From IMG/VR virus record IMGVR_UViG_3300034198_008895, positions 99,395-163,394 of that record: 64,000 nucleotides of DNA; one strand, written 5' to 3'. This document shows, piece by piece, positions 28,663 to 39,315 of the stretch; within the stretch, counting starts at the first letter, position 1; each line of letters begins with the position of its first letter. Under the pieces are notes generated by a model. The model saw only the letters and a program-made list of their open reading frames with translations, was not told where the DNA came from and searched no databases. The position numbers and the translations under genes are program-made. The stretch is from a virus.

Positions 28663-29535
28663 TTACTTCGACATGTTGGTAACAGCAGTACGACCAACAG
28701 CTTCAGTCCAGGACTTATAACCATTAGTGTTAGCTGCAGCAACGTCAGGAGAAATCTTATTAACGAAAGCCGGACGCATAAACGGATCAGCATTCGTTGT
28801 ATTGATGCTATCAAGAATGGTCTGTGCAAACTGGTTCACACCAAGACCGTACTGAGAGATACCAGAGAACTCGATATCCAGCGTCAGCATTTCTTGCGAG
28901 GCAGTCAGATCACGCTTACCAGTAATGTCACCGTTTGCAAGCGGGAACATATTGGTGGTGATCCAAGCCTTATCGATCTTCTTATGCATCGGGTCCGGCT
29001 GCATGAACAAGCATGTAGCAGAATACCAGTCAGCAAGAAGGTCCTTGACTTCGGCCTTACCCATTGTTCCAAGCAGAGCATACTTGGTTTCAGGGTCCAT
29101 CAAGCCATAACGAATCCAGTACTCGAGAAGAGTCTGAATCGGGCGACCGTACTTTTCAATGAAGGTGAACTTCGGCTGCGAACGTTCACGAGTAACGTTA
29201 ACAACTTCTTGTTGCTGTTCACCAGCACCGCCAACGGGATGCTCTTCAACATCAACCTTCAGACCAGCATTCATGCCGTCAATGGAACGAGCATGCAGCT
29301 CAAACAGAGCTTTCAGACTCGAAATCCACTTCTGGCTATCCGGCATGACGGTAAACATTCTCGGAGCTTCTAGAAGGATACAAATCAGAGGACGAGAGAT
29401 ATAAGCCTGATTACTGGTGTATTCAGACAGGTTGGGTGCCCAACCATGCATACCACCATTCTTCAGGTCAAGAATAGGACGATCAATGTCTCTGGTGTAA
29501 GCACCAGTAATAAGGGCGTCAGTTAAACGTGCCAT
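28663..29535 (-). CDS. tail tube protein (phiKZ gp30-like)
   Basis: 290 aa directly downstream of the sheath; EKYGRPIQ..WIRYGLMDPETK and W...NMFP motifs; strong codon bias. Confidence 0.75.
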   Translation of the reverse strand: MARLTDALITGAYTRDIDRPILDLKNGGMHGWAPNLSEYTSNQAYISRPLICILLEAPRMFTVMPDSQKWISSLKALFELHARSIDGMNAGLKVDVEEHPVGGAGEQQQEVVNVTRERSQPKFTFIEKYGRPIQTLLEYWIRYGLMDPETKYALLGTMGKAEVKDLLADWYSATCLFMQPDPMHKKIDKAWITTNMFPLANGDITGKRDLTASQEMLTLDIEFSGISQYGLGVNQFAQTILDSINTTNADPFMRPAFVNKISPDVAAANTNGYKSWTEAVGRTAVTNMSK

Positions 29536-29550
29536 GTTCGTATTCTCCTA

Positions 29551-31644
29551 TTAAGCAGCCAAATCAGTCATACGATAAGCTTCAACGTATGTCGTCATCA
29601 CGGTCTTCATGTTGTTGGCATAGATCTTGATAGGCAACGTCCAGCTATAGCCACGGAGATTATCCAGCTCAGTAACAGTAGCATTCGGTTGAATAACAAA
29701 CTTGCCATCGAACTTGTCCTTGACCAAATTGGCAACGAACAGGTTGACTTGCTCTTCCAGCTGAGCATTCGTCAGGCTGATTGAACCTGAGAATTCACGC
29801 CAAGCAGCATGCGCAACCTTATTCAGGTATGCAATAGCCACAGCCGTGAAGAAGCTGTTAAGAACAGAAGTATCGTTTTCGTATACGGTTTGCAGAGCCG
29901 GGAAGAATTGCGTACCAACCTTGTAGTTAAGCACGAAGTTCAGACCGGTACTCCAGAGAATATTACGGGTTGAAGCAGGAACCCAAGTAACATCGATATT
30001 CTTCAGCTGAGTAACGATGCTGAGCGGAGCACGGTCGAAGGCAAAGCCGTTCTTCCAAGCACCATTCTTAGCACCCATGTAACGAGCAGCCTTATGAGCG
30101 ACTTCGTATGTCAGCGGAACACGCTCAATGTAGAGCGAGTTGATCAATTCACCAGAACCACCGCAGATGATACCACGCATAACCGGGGTACCGAAAGTAG
30201 CAGATTCAGGATACAGTTCGATCATGGTCTTCAGAGCAACACCGACTGAGTATTGGTCAGCCAGAGTGATAGAAGGAGCGTCATGAGCATATGTCGACCA
30301 GCACACAAACGTGTCTTTACGACGAGCGATAAACTTAGCCAGAGTCTTCTTCGTAGCCAGTGTGAAACCGGAGTCATAAATCATCGACTCAGGATGCATG
30401 ACCAGATCGTTATACTCGTGCAAGCTATTGTTATAGTTGTCCAAATCAGCAGCAACCAATGAATCGAGCAGATCTGCATCGATAGTACCATCAGTAGAAC
30501 CAGACAGGAACAGATTTGTATTCTTCGTCAAACGAATAGAACCAACCAAATCAACCAGCTTAGCTGTTTGATAAGGAGAACCATTGGAACTTGTGAATGA
30601 CAAGAAGTTCAGAGCGTAGATATTCTGTTCAGAGTTATTGATAACATCATCACGATGTGAGTCAGAAATAACCTTTTCAGCGTTATAAAGAGCTGTCAGA
30701 ACAGTAGTCAGATTAGCATTGTAAACGTAGGCTGTACCCAGATCGGTCGATTGTGCAACCGGCAGATCGATGTATTGATCTTTGACGACCTTTTCCATGT
30801 CGATAACAGCGCCACTGGCAGGATCAGTGCCCTTAGACTTAGCAACAAACTTGGCAGTAGATGCACCGAAGCTGTTCAGAACAGGGTTGGTCTTACCAGT
30901 CAGACTGTCAACCAACTTGACCATCTGGAAGTAGAACGGATACATGTTACCGTCATTCAGGATGTTTGACGGGAACGGAGCAATATCAGATTCAAGAGCA
31001 GCGAACAGACGAACAGCCAGTTTATTACCAGCTTCACCAGCATCGGCAGCAGCGAATTCGAAAATAGGATATTGAGTTGACTGAGTCGTGCCGTCAACTT
31101 GCAGACCATTGCGCTGAGTCAGAAGACCACGCTGGTATTGACCAACGTTAGCGACAGTCTTATCGATAACCCAAGCAACCTTGTGACCAGCAACCAGAAC
31201 AGGATTATTACTCGAGTCTAATTGAGGAACAGGTTGACCATTGGTGTCCAGATCAAGAGAGCCATCTGCATTCTTTACATACAGAGGAACTTGAGTCGGA
31301 AGAACGTCAAGGTACAGGGCCAGATTAGCCGTGTCCTTAGCATCCGGAGCAACCAGACGGTGCACAACACAGTTGTTACCAGCAGATGCAATTGTCTGCA
31401 AGAACGGAGTCTGGTGTGTGTAGTACTTCTTGTTAACGTCGAAGGTATCGTCGCCGTACAACTGGGTTAAAGAAACCGAATCGAAGTCAACATACTGCGG
31501 ACCTACTTGACCCTTTTCAGCGAAGATAAAAATCTTCGGAAGATGCTGAGGGATCTCAAGCGGAGCCTGCGGTACAACTCTGGTGGAAAGATCACGAGTA
31601 CCTTGATCAATCACCATCGGTGCTGCATTTAAAATATCTGTCAT
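29551..31644 (-). CDS. contractile tail sheath protein (phiKZ gp29-like)
   Basis: ~697 aa; NAAP..QGTRDLS N-terminus, YDSGF, FFPALQTVY, RGYSW..IYANNMKTV C-terminus; ATG at 31644 after AGGAG. Confidence 0.85.
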   Translation of the reverse strand: MTDILNAAPMVIDQGTRDLSTRVVPQAPLEIPQHLPKIFIFAEKGQVGPQYVDFDSVSLTQLYGDDTFDVNKKYYTHQTPFLQTIASAGNNCVVHRLVAPDAKDTANLALYLDVLPTQVPLYVKNADGSLDLDTNGQPVPQLDSSNNPVLVAGHKVAWVIDKTVANVGQYQRGLLTQRNGLQVDGTTQSTQYPIFEFAAADAGEAGNKLAVRLFAALESDIAPFPSNILNDGNMYPFYFQMVKLVDSLTGKTNPVLNSFGASTAKFVAKSKGTDPASGAVIDMEKVVKDQYIDLPVAQSTDLGTAYVYNANLTTVLTALYNAEKVISDSHRDDVINNSEQNIYALNFLSFTSSNGSPYQTAKLVDLVGSIRLTKNTNLFLSGSTDGTIDADLLDSLVAADLDNYNNSLHEYNDLVMHPESMIYDSGFTLATKKTLAKFIARRKDTFVCWSTYAHDAPSITLADQYSVGVALKTMIELYPESATFGTPVMRGIICGGSGELINSLYIERVPLTYEVAHKAARYMGAKNGAWKNGFAFDRAPLSIVTQLKNIDVTWVPASTRNILWSTGLNFVLNYKVGTQFFPALQTVYENDTSVLNSFFTAVAIAYLNKVAHAAWREFSGSISLTNAQLEEQVNLFVANLVKDKFDGKFVIQPNATVTELDNLRGYSWTLPIKIYANNMKTVMTTYVEAYRMTDLAA

Positions 31645-31727
31645 GTTCAACTCCTAGACAAAAAAGGGAAACTCTTTAAGCATGTTTTGATGATATAAAA
31701 TCACACTATTTTCAAAAGGAAAACATC

Positions 31728-32663
31728 ATGATTCTTATCGAACCATATGACTTCAAAACTCTTAAACTCCTAAACAACTCTCAAACTGTTTTTAACATTA
31801 ATAAATATATTTCAATTGACTACGCCTTTATCCGTGAAAAGGAGAAGGTGCAGATTAAACCTTTCGAAGATGAATATGTTAAGCTGACTCCTGTCATGCT
31901 TTATGGGTTGAGTGATGTTGAGAAGGATATTACGCCATTTAATCACCCAATTATTAACAAAGATGCGAAGTGGATCGCTCTTGATTTAAGAAACGTCGTT
32001 AAACTTAGCTCTGACAAAGAAAGCTTTGAAGTCAGAAATGATAGTGAGTACAATCTTTCATTGCAGAGATTTATTCTTACTGGTATGTGGGCTGTCGGAA
32101 AACAGACTTCTCTGTATGGTCTTAAGTTCCCACATTTTTGCTTTGCCAGTTGGTTATCAGAAAATTTAACTAAAAAGTTTGGTCTAGATCTTAACAATCA
32201 ACTTCAGCTCCGAGTTCTGGGGCTTATTTATTACTCTAAGTTGTTTACAAACAACTATGATCAAGATGATTTCGGTAAACTCATTGTTCGTCTTAAAGAA
32301 GACATCATGGTTCCAAAGCTCATTGAAGAAGTTTATGAGAAGATTGGTGAACTGGAAAACATCGATGATTTCTGTAAAGCTTGTTATGACGTGACAGGTA
32401 ATATTCGTCTGAAGAATCTGGATGCCAATGTCTTAATCAACACTCTGGCTAATAACTGGATTGGTTTGAATGGCAAGGAACTTGTTCTTCTGTCGTTGGA
32501 ACATCCGCCTACATGGATCTCTTTAGTCTATGCTGCTCTTACTCAGAGGTCTTTCAGCAAGAATGTCATTGGTACTATTGTTGAGAAACTCAATAAGAAG
32601 GGTGCAGGTGATGAGTTCTTGAAGGCTCTTGTCTATTTGACAAGAGAATACAAAGAGGATTGA
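31728..32663 (+). CDS. virion structural protein (phiKZ gp28-position)
   Basis: divergent from the sheath as in phiKZ-like phages; LEHPPTW motif. Confidence 0.6.
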   Translation: MILIEPYDFKTLKLLNNSQTVFNINKYISIDYAFIREKEKVQIKPFEDEYVKLTPVMLYGLSDVEKDITPFNHPIINKDAKWIALDLRNVVKLSSDKESFEVRNDSEYNLSLQRFILTGMWAVGKQTSLYGLKFPHFCFASWLSENLTKKFGLDLNNQLQLRVLGLIYYSKLFTNNYDQDDFGKLIVRLKEDIMVPKLIEEVYEKIGELENIDDFCKACYDVTGNIRLKNLDANVLINTLANNWIGLNGKELVLLSLEHPPTWISLVYAALTQRSFSKNVIGTIVEKLNKKGAGDEFLKALVYLTREYKED

Positions 32664-32664
32664 T

Positions 32665-35253
32665 ATGAACAAACTCCAGAGGTTTGCACTCGAGAATATC
32701 TACTGTGCTCCTGGACAAGATCAACAGTTTAGCTTTTCTCTTGTTCGAGTTAATAAAGTTTATCAACCTGTAACTTCTGTTGTTAATGTCTATAACGTAA
32801 CGAAAAGATTGCCAAACACACAGTATAGATATCATGTATTTGTAATTGGCAATCTTCATCCTCAGCTGCTGAATTTACTTCGCCAAGGCAAAGATTGGTT
32901 CAGAGATGTATGGGTAAAGGTTAGCGACGATATGGTTCTTCGTAATTACATTATGAAGATCTATAATGACAAGGGTGTGGTTTATCCAAGACAACATGTC
33001 TATTATTCGTTCATTGATGAAAACAGTATTGTTATTGCACTTGAATTTGAATACACATTGAAGCAAGCTTTTGATGTTGACTCATTTAAGTATATGCATG
33101 TTTATAGCAATAGTTGGTTTGCTAGTTCTGAGTTCATGACAACTGAAGTTCAGAATGGTATTAAACATGGCTTTGGTTTTGTATTTAACAATGCAGACAA
33201 ACTAGCTTTGCAAAATGAAATTAATAACTACGAACAATTCGGCGGTAAAGCAATTGTTTATGTAAATGGTTATTACACTGATAACCTTAATTTAAATATT
33301 CCTAACAGTAGTTATATTGAATATGTTTATGATCAGTCGATCATCTCAAAAGAGAAATTCACGATTGGTGATTTGAGAACATTTGACTCTGAAAAAGATA
33401 ACAAACTAAAATATCTATTGTTCCGTAATAACATTATTGACACTATTCAGTTTAAAGATGATACAGAAGTTTATGTCAGTAATGACAATGAACTTGTGAC
33501 AAAAGGTTTATTCTTTTATCAACATAAAGATTATGCTGTTCGGAATGTCACAGATAAAGATTTCTCTTTGTATGTTTCATTCGTCAATAACACAGCGCAA
33601 GAAATTACCAATCTAACTACTGGAGCAATTCAGGATAAGGTTGTTGTCTTATACACACGCAAAGCAGGTGTGACAAAGAATCTAGTTTATAGTGCTCCAA
33701 AAATGCATGAACTTTATAAACTTCCTCAGAATGTAGAGTTGGATGTTCTATTGAGTAGCGGTAGTAGTATTATTGACTTTAGAGCTGAAACACTTGAAAA
33801 TAGTGATTACTTTAAAGTCTCTAATCTTTCTGCTATTAAGAATCTCACAGTTGATATGGCTATTGGTGCTATGGGTTATGGTGGTATTTCATATTACTTT
33901 GCTCAAACACCTATTCTTCCAGACGGTGAAAATACTTATGTAGATGTTCCTGTGCTTTATCAGGAAAATTCATTAGCATTTGAATATAACAATGTCGGTG
34001 AGTTTACTGGTTGGTTTACTACATCTGGTTCTATTTATCCTTTTAATAGTGATTCAACAACGCAAGTTGAGTTTTTATATGGCAGAATGCCAGATGACTT
34101 TGGTCGTCTTTTAGGTAACACTGAAACAGTTACACTTTTACATGATGAATATCGTATTCTGTCCGCTTATTTTAACGGAGTTTCACGAATCACGAACTGG
34201 GAAGATATTACATCTGACACTAATCGCTGTAATATCAGTAATGGTCAACTCACGATAACAGAGTCAGAAGGTTATAAGGTAAAGATCGTTTATCTTAATC
34301 AACCTAATGTTTATGACTTAAATCTTTCATTGGTGGATGGTGTTTTACATTTCCCGTTATCTATTACAGAAGATCGTGGAACAGGGTTACAAACATTCCC
34401 TATGGATGTTCCTCCGTCACATCTTGAAATCTACTTAAATAAACGTAAACTAGTTCACGGATTAGATTACTTTATTGATTTCCCTTATATCTCTATTTGT
34501 AATAAAGAGTATGTTGATCCATATGTCGAAGGGCAGGATATTCATATTCGTGCTTATGGTATTACTTTAGATAAAACACAAATTAATGCTCATGAGAAAA
34601 CTGGTTTTGTTAACCATGGTGTTCTTTTAAGAAATAATTATTTCGATATCAGAGATGATCGTGTTATCTCTATTTATGTTAAAGGTCTTTTGCAGAAACG
34701 TGACACTGTTACTTTCGCTGAAGAAGATAACACAGTTCGTATGAATAACCCGATCAACGGTTATCCTTATACAATTAAAGAACCATTTATTCCTTTAAAG
34801 TCTATTAGTGGTAAAGACACAATTCCTTTATTTGAACAGGATATTGCTAAAAATAAACGCATCTCTGATTTGTTTACTTTAGTATTTCCTGAACCTCCTA
34901 TCAATCAGACTAATGTGATTGCTGATCATTATTATGTCTTCTCTCCATTGGTTAGTAAGATAATTGCAGATATGCTGGATGAAAATATTTCTCCAAGTCT
35001 GTACATGACACCTTATAACGATGGAACTATTGTTACATTGTTAGATCAACAACCTTACAAGCAATTGTTAGCACTTGATCCGATTAAGCACAATATGCCA
35101 GATAACCTTGTTGAGATTCATCCTCATTATGGTGCTGCGTCTATTAATTTGAATCTGTTCCAATATAGATTCATCAGCAATATTATTCGTTTGATTACTA
35201 ATAATAATCCTAACCGTATTAATATAAGCGGTTACTTAACTGTATCAGCATAA
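32665..35253 (+). CDS. large virion structural protein (phiKZ gp27-position)
   Basis: 862 aa, N-terminal NIYCAPGQD.Q motif, synteny with the sheath. Confidence 0.6.
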   Translation: MNKLQRFALENIYCAPGQDQQFSFSLVRVNKVYQPVTSVVNVYNVTKRLPNTQYRYHVFVIGNLHPQLLNLLRQGKDWFRDVWVKVSDDMVLRNYIMKIYNDKGVVYPRQHVYYSFIDENSIVIALEFEYTLKQAFDVDSFKYMHVYSNSWFASSEFMTTEVQNGIKHGFGFVFNNADKLALQNEINNYEQFGGKAIVYVNGYYTDNLNLNIPNSSYIEYVYDQSIISKEKFTIGDLRTFDSEKDNKLKYLLFRNNIIDTIQFKDDTEVYVSNDNELVTKGLFFYQHKDYAVRNVTDKDFSLYVSFVNNTAQEITNLTTGAIQDKVVVLYTRKAGVTKNLVYSAPKMHELYKLPQNVELDVLLSSGSSIIDFRAETLENSDYFKVSNLSAIKNLTVDMAIGAMGYGGISYYFAQTPILPDGENTYVDVPVLYQENSLAFEYNNVGEFTGWFTTSGSIYPFNSDSTTQVEFLYGRMPDDFGRLLGNTETVTLLHDEYRILSAYFNGVSRITNWEDITSDTNRCNISNGQLTITESEGYKVKIVYLNQPNVYDLNLSLVDGVLHFPLSITEDRGTGLQTFPMDVPPSHLEIYLNKRKLVHGLDYFIDFPYISICNKEYVDPYVEGQDIHIRAYGITLDKTQINAHEKTGFVNHGVLLRNNYFDIRDDRVISIYVKGLLQKRDTVTFAEEDNTVRMNNPINGYPYTIKEPFIPLKSISGKDTIPLFEQDIAKNKRISDLFTLVFPEPPINQTNVIADHYYVFSPLVSKIIADMLDENISPSLYMTPYNDGTIVTLLDQQPYKQLLALDPIKHNMPDNLVEIHPHYGAASINLNLFQYRFISNIIRLITNNNPNRINISGYLTVSA

Positions 35254-35339
35254 AATAGTTACCAGAGGGATTATTCCCTCTGGTAACTTTACGCAAAAAA
35301 AAAAAGAATAACAGCCTGGTGTTACCCAGGCTGTTATGA

Positions 35340-35813
35340 TTACTTGCTGGCTTGCGTCAGCTTGTAAACCATGCTCCAGAGACGTGACCGCTGGTATTTG
35401 TCACCAGGCAGACAATGTCCACTAAAGCTTTCCTTCAGGAAGTTCCGAACCCTGATCTTGGTTCCGTAATCATGACACAACTGGATGTCGATCTTCTGAC
35501 AATCTTCGTGGTGTTCAAAATGACGTTGACCGTAATCTCGAGCTTGTTCCTCACAATAACAAAAGTGCTTACTTAACACTTTCGTCGTCATGGGGTCGAG
35601 GTAATCCTGAACTGCCTCGTTGAGCTTGTAACCAATTTCAGACAAGAAGTCTTCGATTTCCTGCGAGTAGCAAGTAATGAAGTCCCAGTCTGATTCTTGG
35701 GTAGCTCCACCAAAGAACCGACTACCGGTCAAGTTGAACTCAAACTTCGAATTCTCCAAGTCCAGAAGAGCCTGTTGCAAAGGCGAGAGGAAGGTGTTGG
35801 TGTCGTGCAGCAT
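35340..35813 (-). CDS. minimal nucleotidyltransferase-fold protein
   Basis: LTGSRFFG...SDWDF (GS..DxD) motif and a later DIQL; ATG at 35813 after AAGGAG. Confidence 0.65.
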   Translation of the reverse strand: MLHDTNTFLSPLQQALLDLENSKFEFNLTGSRFFGGATQESDWDFITCYSQEIEDFLSEIGYKLNEAVQDYLDPMTTKVLSKHFCYCEEQARDYGQRHFEHHEDCQKIDIQLCHDYGTKIRVRNFLKESFSGHCLPGDKYQRSRLWSMVYKLTQASK

Positions 35814-35935
35814 GGTGTTTCTCCTTGTCAAGTACCCTGACCACGGGTCGTGGTGAAGCTTATATAAATATTAATTAACGATTAATGTTAACTAACTTGA
35901 CTTGAAGGACAACAAACAACACAACTTACATCACT

Positions 35936-35965
35936 TAATATATATGTAACCAAATAAAATTCAGT
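35936..35965 (-). promoter_or_regulatory. early-type phage promoter
   Basis: TATATATG at 35939-35946, TTCAGT at 35960-35965. Confidence 0.55.
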
Positions 35966-35971
35966 TACTAT

Positions 35972-36646
35972 TTATCTTACCAATTTAGGTAGAATAAACA
36001 TATCCACATTTTTCTTAAGATCATCAATCGTACCATCATTAAATAAAGTATGATTGAACTTATAACCAATCCAATCGCGTTCAGAAAGATGCACATCCTG
36101 ATTAACGAAGTTAGGTGATTTAGAGTGTTTTAAATAAAACTTATATAAAGCTTTTTCCCAATTAGTGCTAAGCTTATTATGGTTAAGAGCAGACTGATAC
36201 CAAGCAGGTAGTGGTCCTCTTGTTACCTGTAAAGTTAATGCATTTAGTTCTTCAAGCATATATAACTCAGGCATGAATCTTGTATCCGAAATTACAATGT
36301 TATCAGAATCTGATAATTTCATAAGGGCTTTTTGAACATTATAAACCCAGATGTTATCATTAAACTTATGACGGAGTACTTCTGTTCCTACACGAGTGAG
36401 AGCATATCTCGGTGTGAAATTAGGGATACCTAGTTTTTCACTCCACCATTCGTCAACAACATCACGTTGTTTTCTTGCTTCTGGAGTTTTGCCTTCAAGC
36501 ATCTCTCTATCCCATTGGAACATAGCAGCCATGGTATCTTTAAGAGCAAACCCAAATGAGATTTGCTTAAACCCAAGACTAGAGATTAGGTAGTCTGCAA
36601 TGGTATCCTTACCCGATCCAATTAATCCAGTAATTGAAACTATCAT
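35972..36646 (-). CDS. deoxynucleoside monophosphate kinase
   Basis: MIVSITGLIGSGKDT P-loop, SF..ALKD, TPRYAL..GTE..R, ISDTRF..E, H.SE, NDGTI. Confidence 0.85.
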   Translation of the reverse strand: MIVSITGLIGSGKDTIADYLISSLGFKQISFGFALKDTMAAMFQWDREMLEGKTPEARKQRDVVDEWWSEKLGIPNFTPRYALTRVGTEVLRHKFNDNIWVYNVQKALMKLSDSDNIVISDTRFMPELYMLEELNALTLQVTRGPLPAWYQSALNHNKLSTNWEKALYKFYLKHSKSPNFVNQDVHLSERDWIGYKFNHTLFNDGTIDDLKKNVDMFILPKLVR

Positions 36647-36647
36647 T

Positions 36648-36914
36648 TTATACCTTTCTGTTACAATGCGGGTCAAGACCGATACGTATTCTGAAATCAC
36701 GTATATCTTCTCGTGGCTGAGATTCCCATTTGTCATCTAACATTTTTAGATAACGTTCTGTTAATTCTCTAGCAGTATTATCATGAGCTAACCATCTAGC
36801 GTCAGACATTACTTCTATACGTAAATAGTGAAGTTGTAATTCCGCATTCCACTTACGTTTGCGTTGCCATTCTTTAAATGCGGCCTTTGCTAACTGAAAC
36901 CAAGAGACTTTCAT
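36648..36914 (-). CDS. hypothetical protein
   Basis: 88 aa, translationally coupled in the operon. Confidence 0.55.
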   Translation of the reverse strand: MKVSWFQLAKAAFKEWQRKRKWNAELQLHYLRIEVMSDARWLAHDNTARELTERYLKMLDDKWESQPREDIRDFRIRIGLDPHCNRKV

Positions 36915-37846
36915 ACCGGAACCTCTCTTGAAACAAATTGCATTCGGTAAGAACCATTCTTAGATCGATGATCTCTTTCACAGAACTCTTTAATCGCCTG
37001 ATAATGTGTTTTACCATCACTGGCATCTGTAGAAAGGCCAATGGTTCCACCTTTCCAGCTACCTTTTTCTGTACCCGTCTCTTGATCAAATTCAATATCT
37101 AGACGACGATAAATACGATTTGGCGTGAACCAGGATAACCACTTAAACCATCCTTCACCACGTTTATAAATAGATTCTTCGATAACAGTCTTTGCTTTAA
37201 CTTCTGTACCATCATAATCTCTTAAAACAAAAACAACAGCGGGACATACTTCTTTAGCTTTTCTTAGCGTATCGAAGTAATCCATACCCTTGAGACCTTT
37301 TTCATTTTTGATTTCATAGTGTAATTCATTCTTATCGTCATACAAACGAAATGCTGTTGTACGAAATTGAGTCCATGGAAGATGTCTTGACCACGTTTTA
37401 TCGACAAGAGGAACAAACCCTCTTTCAGGGTCATTAATTTCACCACGTTTATAAGTTAAGAAACCATCCTTATCAACATGGGTATGATGATTATGTTCAT
37501 TCTGAAAACCATAGAAGATTTGTAAAAAACCTTCATGAAGAGAAAATCCATAATCCTTAGAAAAAGAATAGTCGTACCAATCACGACCCATTCTAGCAAT
37601 TGTGTTAGGGTCCCATGCGGCTTTGACACGATATGTCACACGCTTAACAATCTGTCCAAGATAAACACGAAACACCCAACCAAATATCCAAACAGTTAAA
37701 GATGCTTTTACACGACTTTCATGATCGTCGTGATCATCATCGCCTTCACCACCGTTACTACTTAGAACAACACGGAATGCATTCCAGCTAGACTTACCAT
37801 ATGTGATAGGTCCAAACTGTTTGTCATTATCTGTCAAACGTCCCAT
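36911..37846 (-). CDS. hypothetical protein (Trp-rich)
   Basis: ATG at 37846 after AAGGAG; GSWKGG motif. Confidence 0.6.
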   Translation of the reverse strand: MGRLTDNDKQFGPITYGKSSWNAFRVVLSSNGGEGDDDHDDHESRVKASLTVWIFGWVFRVYLGQIVKRVTYRVKAAWDPNTIARMGRDWYDYSFSKDYGFSLHEGFLQIFYGFQNEHNHHTHVDKDGFLTYKRGEINDPERGFVPLVDKTWSRHLPWTQFRTTAFRLYDDKNELHYEIKNEKGLKGMDYFDTLRKAKEVCPAVVFVLRDYDGTEVKAKTVIEESIYKRGEGWFKWLSWFTPNRIYRRLDIEFDQETGTEKGSWKGGTIGLSTDASDGKTHYQAIKEFCERDHRSKNGSYRMQFVSREVPV

Positions 37847-37919
37847 TGACATCTCCTTAGTAAAATTCACTTAATGAAAAAATAAATAAAAAAACAAGAG
37901 AGCATATGCTCTCTTGTTC

Positions 37920-38273
37920 TTAATGGAAATTTAAATTAGGTTTAATGAAATTAAAGATCTTTTCAATAATTTCACAAGACGCTAAATGAGAACTCATATC
38001 TCTATTAATAGGAACGATAATTGTATTTTCGCAAAATATACCATGAAAAATTTTATCGCTAAATGGTTCATTGCGTTCAGTTGTAATTTTTTTATAATTT
38101 ACAGACGACTGTCTAAAATAAATTCTTGTTGCTATATGACTTAATGTAGGTGTTTTTTCAATAAGTTCTTTTATTGTGTCATAATGTTCTTGTGTGAATA
38201 ACGGATTATCACCCATGACCATTTCTTGACATGAATCACCTTGTTTAAGATTGTCAATAATAAACTGGTTCAT
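37920..38273 (-). CDS. hypothetical protein
   Basis: 117 aa with RBS. Confidence 0.5.
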   Translation of the reverse strand: MNQFIIDNLKQGDSCQEMVMGDNPLFTQEHYDTIKELIEKTPTLSHIATRIYFRQSSVNYKKITTERNEPFSDKIFHGIFCENTIIVPINRDMSSHLASCEIIEKIFNFIKPNLNFH

Positions 38274-38274
38274 G

Positions 38275-38439
38275 TCACCCAGACTCCTTCTTAAATATTC
38301 TTGACAAAAATTTTATTCTGTTTATCTTAGGTTTTAAATAACTAAGATCTGCTTTTCTAATATGCTCAAAAGCAGCTACTATGAACATAACGAACACAAT
38401 AGCTGCAATTAATAAAAGAAAAGCCAGAAAGAATTTCAT
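38275..38439 (-). CDS. small membrane protein (54 aa; not in the ORF track)
   Basis: MKFFLAFLLLIAAIVFVMFIVAAFEHIRK..., fills the gap exactly. Confidence 0.5.
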   Translation of the reverse strand: MKFFLAFLLLIAAIVFVMFIVAAFEHIRKADLSYLKPKINRIKFLSRIFKKESG

Positions 38440-38760
38440 TTAAATCTTGGTAGCTGCCAAAATAACAACAGCAATAGCCAGAGAGAAAATAGAAACAGCA
38501 ATCAATGCATAACCCGAACCTTCGGGAGTCATCTTTGCTTTACGGAAATATTCTTCAAGATCGATATAATCCACCAGAGCTTTACGACCTAAGTGAAGAA
38601 CACCAATATAAAGAATACTTGTAACAAGAATGATTAAAGTGCTAAGAACACCAGCACCAAAAGGAAGATTACGGATTAAGCCGGAATCAGGATCAGATAA
38701 CAGAAGAACTGCCACAACAAGAATAGAACCAATACCAAGGAATACATTACGAAAGCGCAT
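38440..38760 (-). CDS. three-TM membrane protein, holin-like
   Basis: three hydrophobic helices, ATG at 38760 after GGAG. Confidence 0.5.
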   Translation of the reverse strand: MRFRNVFLGIGSILVVAVLLLSDPDSGLIRNLPFGAGVLSTLIILVTSILYIGVLHLGRKALVDYIDLEEYFRKAKMTPEGSGYALIAVSIFSLAIAVVILAATKI

Positions 38761-38810
38761 TTTTAATCTCCAGAACAAAAAAGAAAAAGGGTATCTCACT
38801 TAATTGTGAG

Positions 38811-39305
38811 TTAGTTTAATTTAAAGTGATCAGGTACTTTTAGATAACCAGGTAATTCAATACTTCCTTGAAGATCAGTTAGACCACAACCACCTTGTAA
38901 ATAAATCCTACCATAAACTAGACCTGGTTGTGGAACAATAATTGTTCTGGTAGAATATACTTGTTTATAATCTAAAACTTTACTGTAAGATTCTTTAAGA
39001 GCATTCCAGAATACAATAGGAATAACTTTAAATTTAGATTCATAAAGAAGACCTGGTTCAAATGCAATCTTAACTATTACTGCACAAAACGATTCAAACA
39101 AAACAACAGCAAACAAAACTGTAAAAGGTCCAGTTAGAAGACGAGCAATTAATTCAATACCAGAAGCTTCAAAGTTATGCTGAGCAAGTCGAATAAAAGA
39201 ATATAACATTCCCAAAGCAATCAAGAAGAAAGCTTTGTCAACATTGTATTGCCAATTTTCATTGTTGAATACAGAGTACTCAAACTTAATTTCTTCATTA
39301 CTCAT
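38811..39305 (-). CDS. membrane protein
   Basis: two TM segments; ATG at 39305 after AAGGAAG. Confidence 0.55.
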   Translation of the reverse strand: MSNEEIKFEYSVFNNENWQYNVDKAFFLIALGMLYSFIRLAQHNFEASGIELIARLLTGPFTVLFAVVLFESFCAVIVKIAFEPGLLYESKFKVIPIVFWNALKESYSKVLDYKQVYSTRTIIVPQPGLVYGRIYLQGGCGLTDLQGSIELPGYLKVPDHFKLN

Positions 39306-39315
39306 TTTCTTTCCT

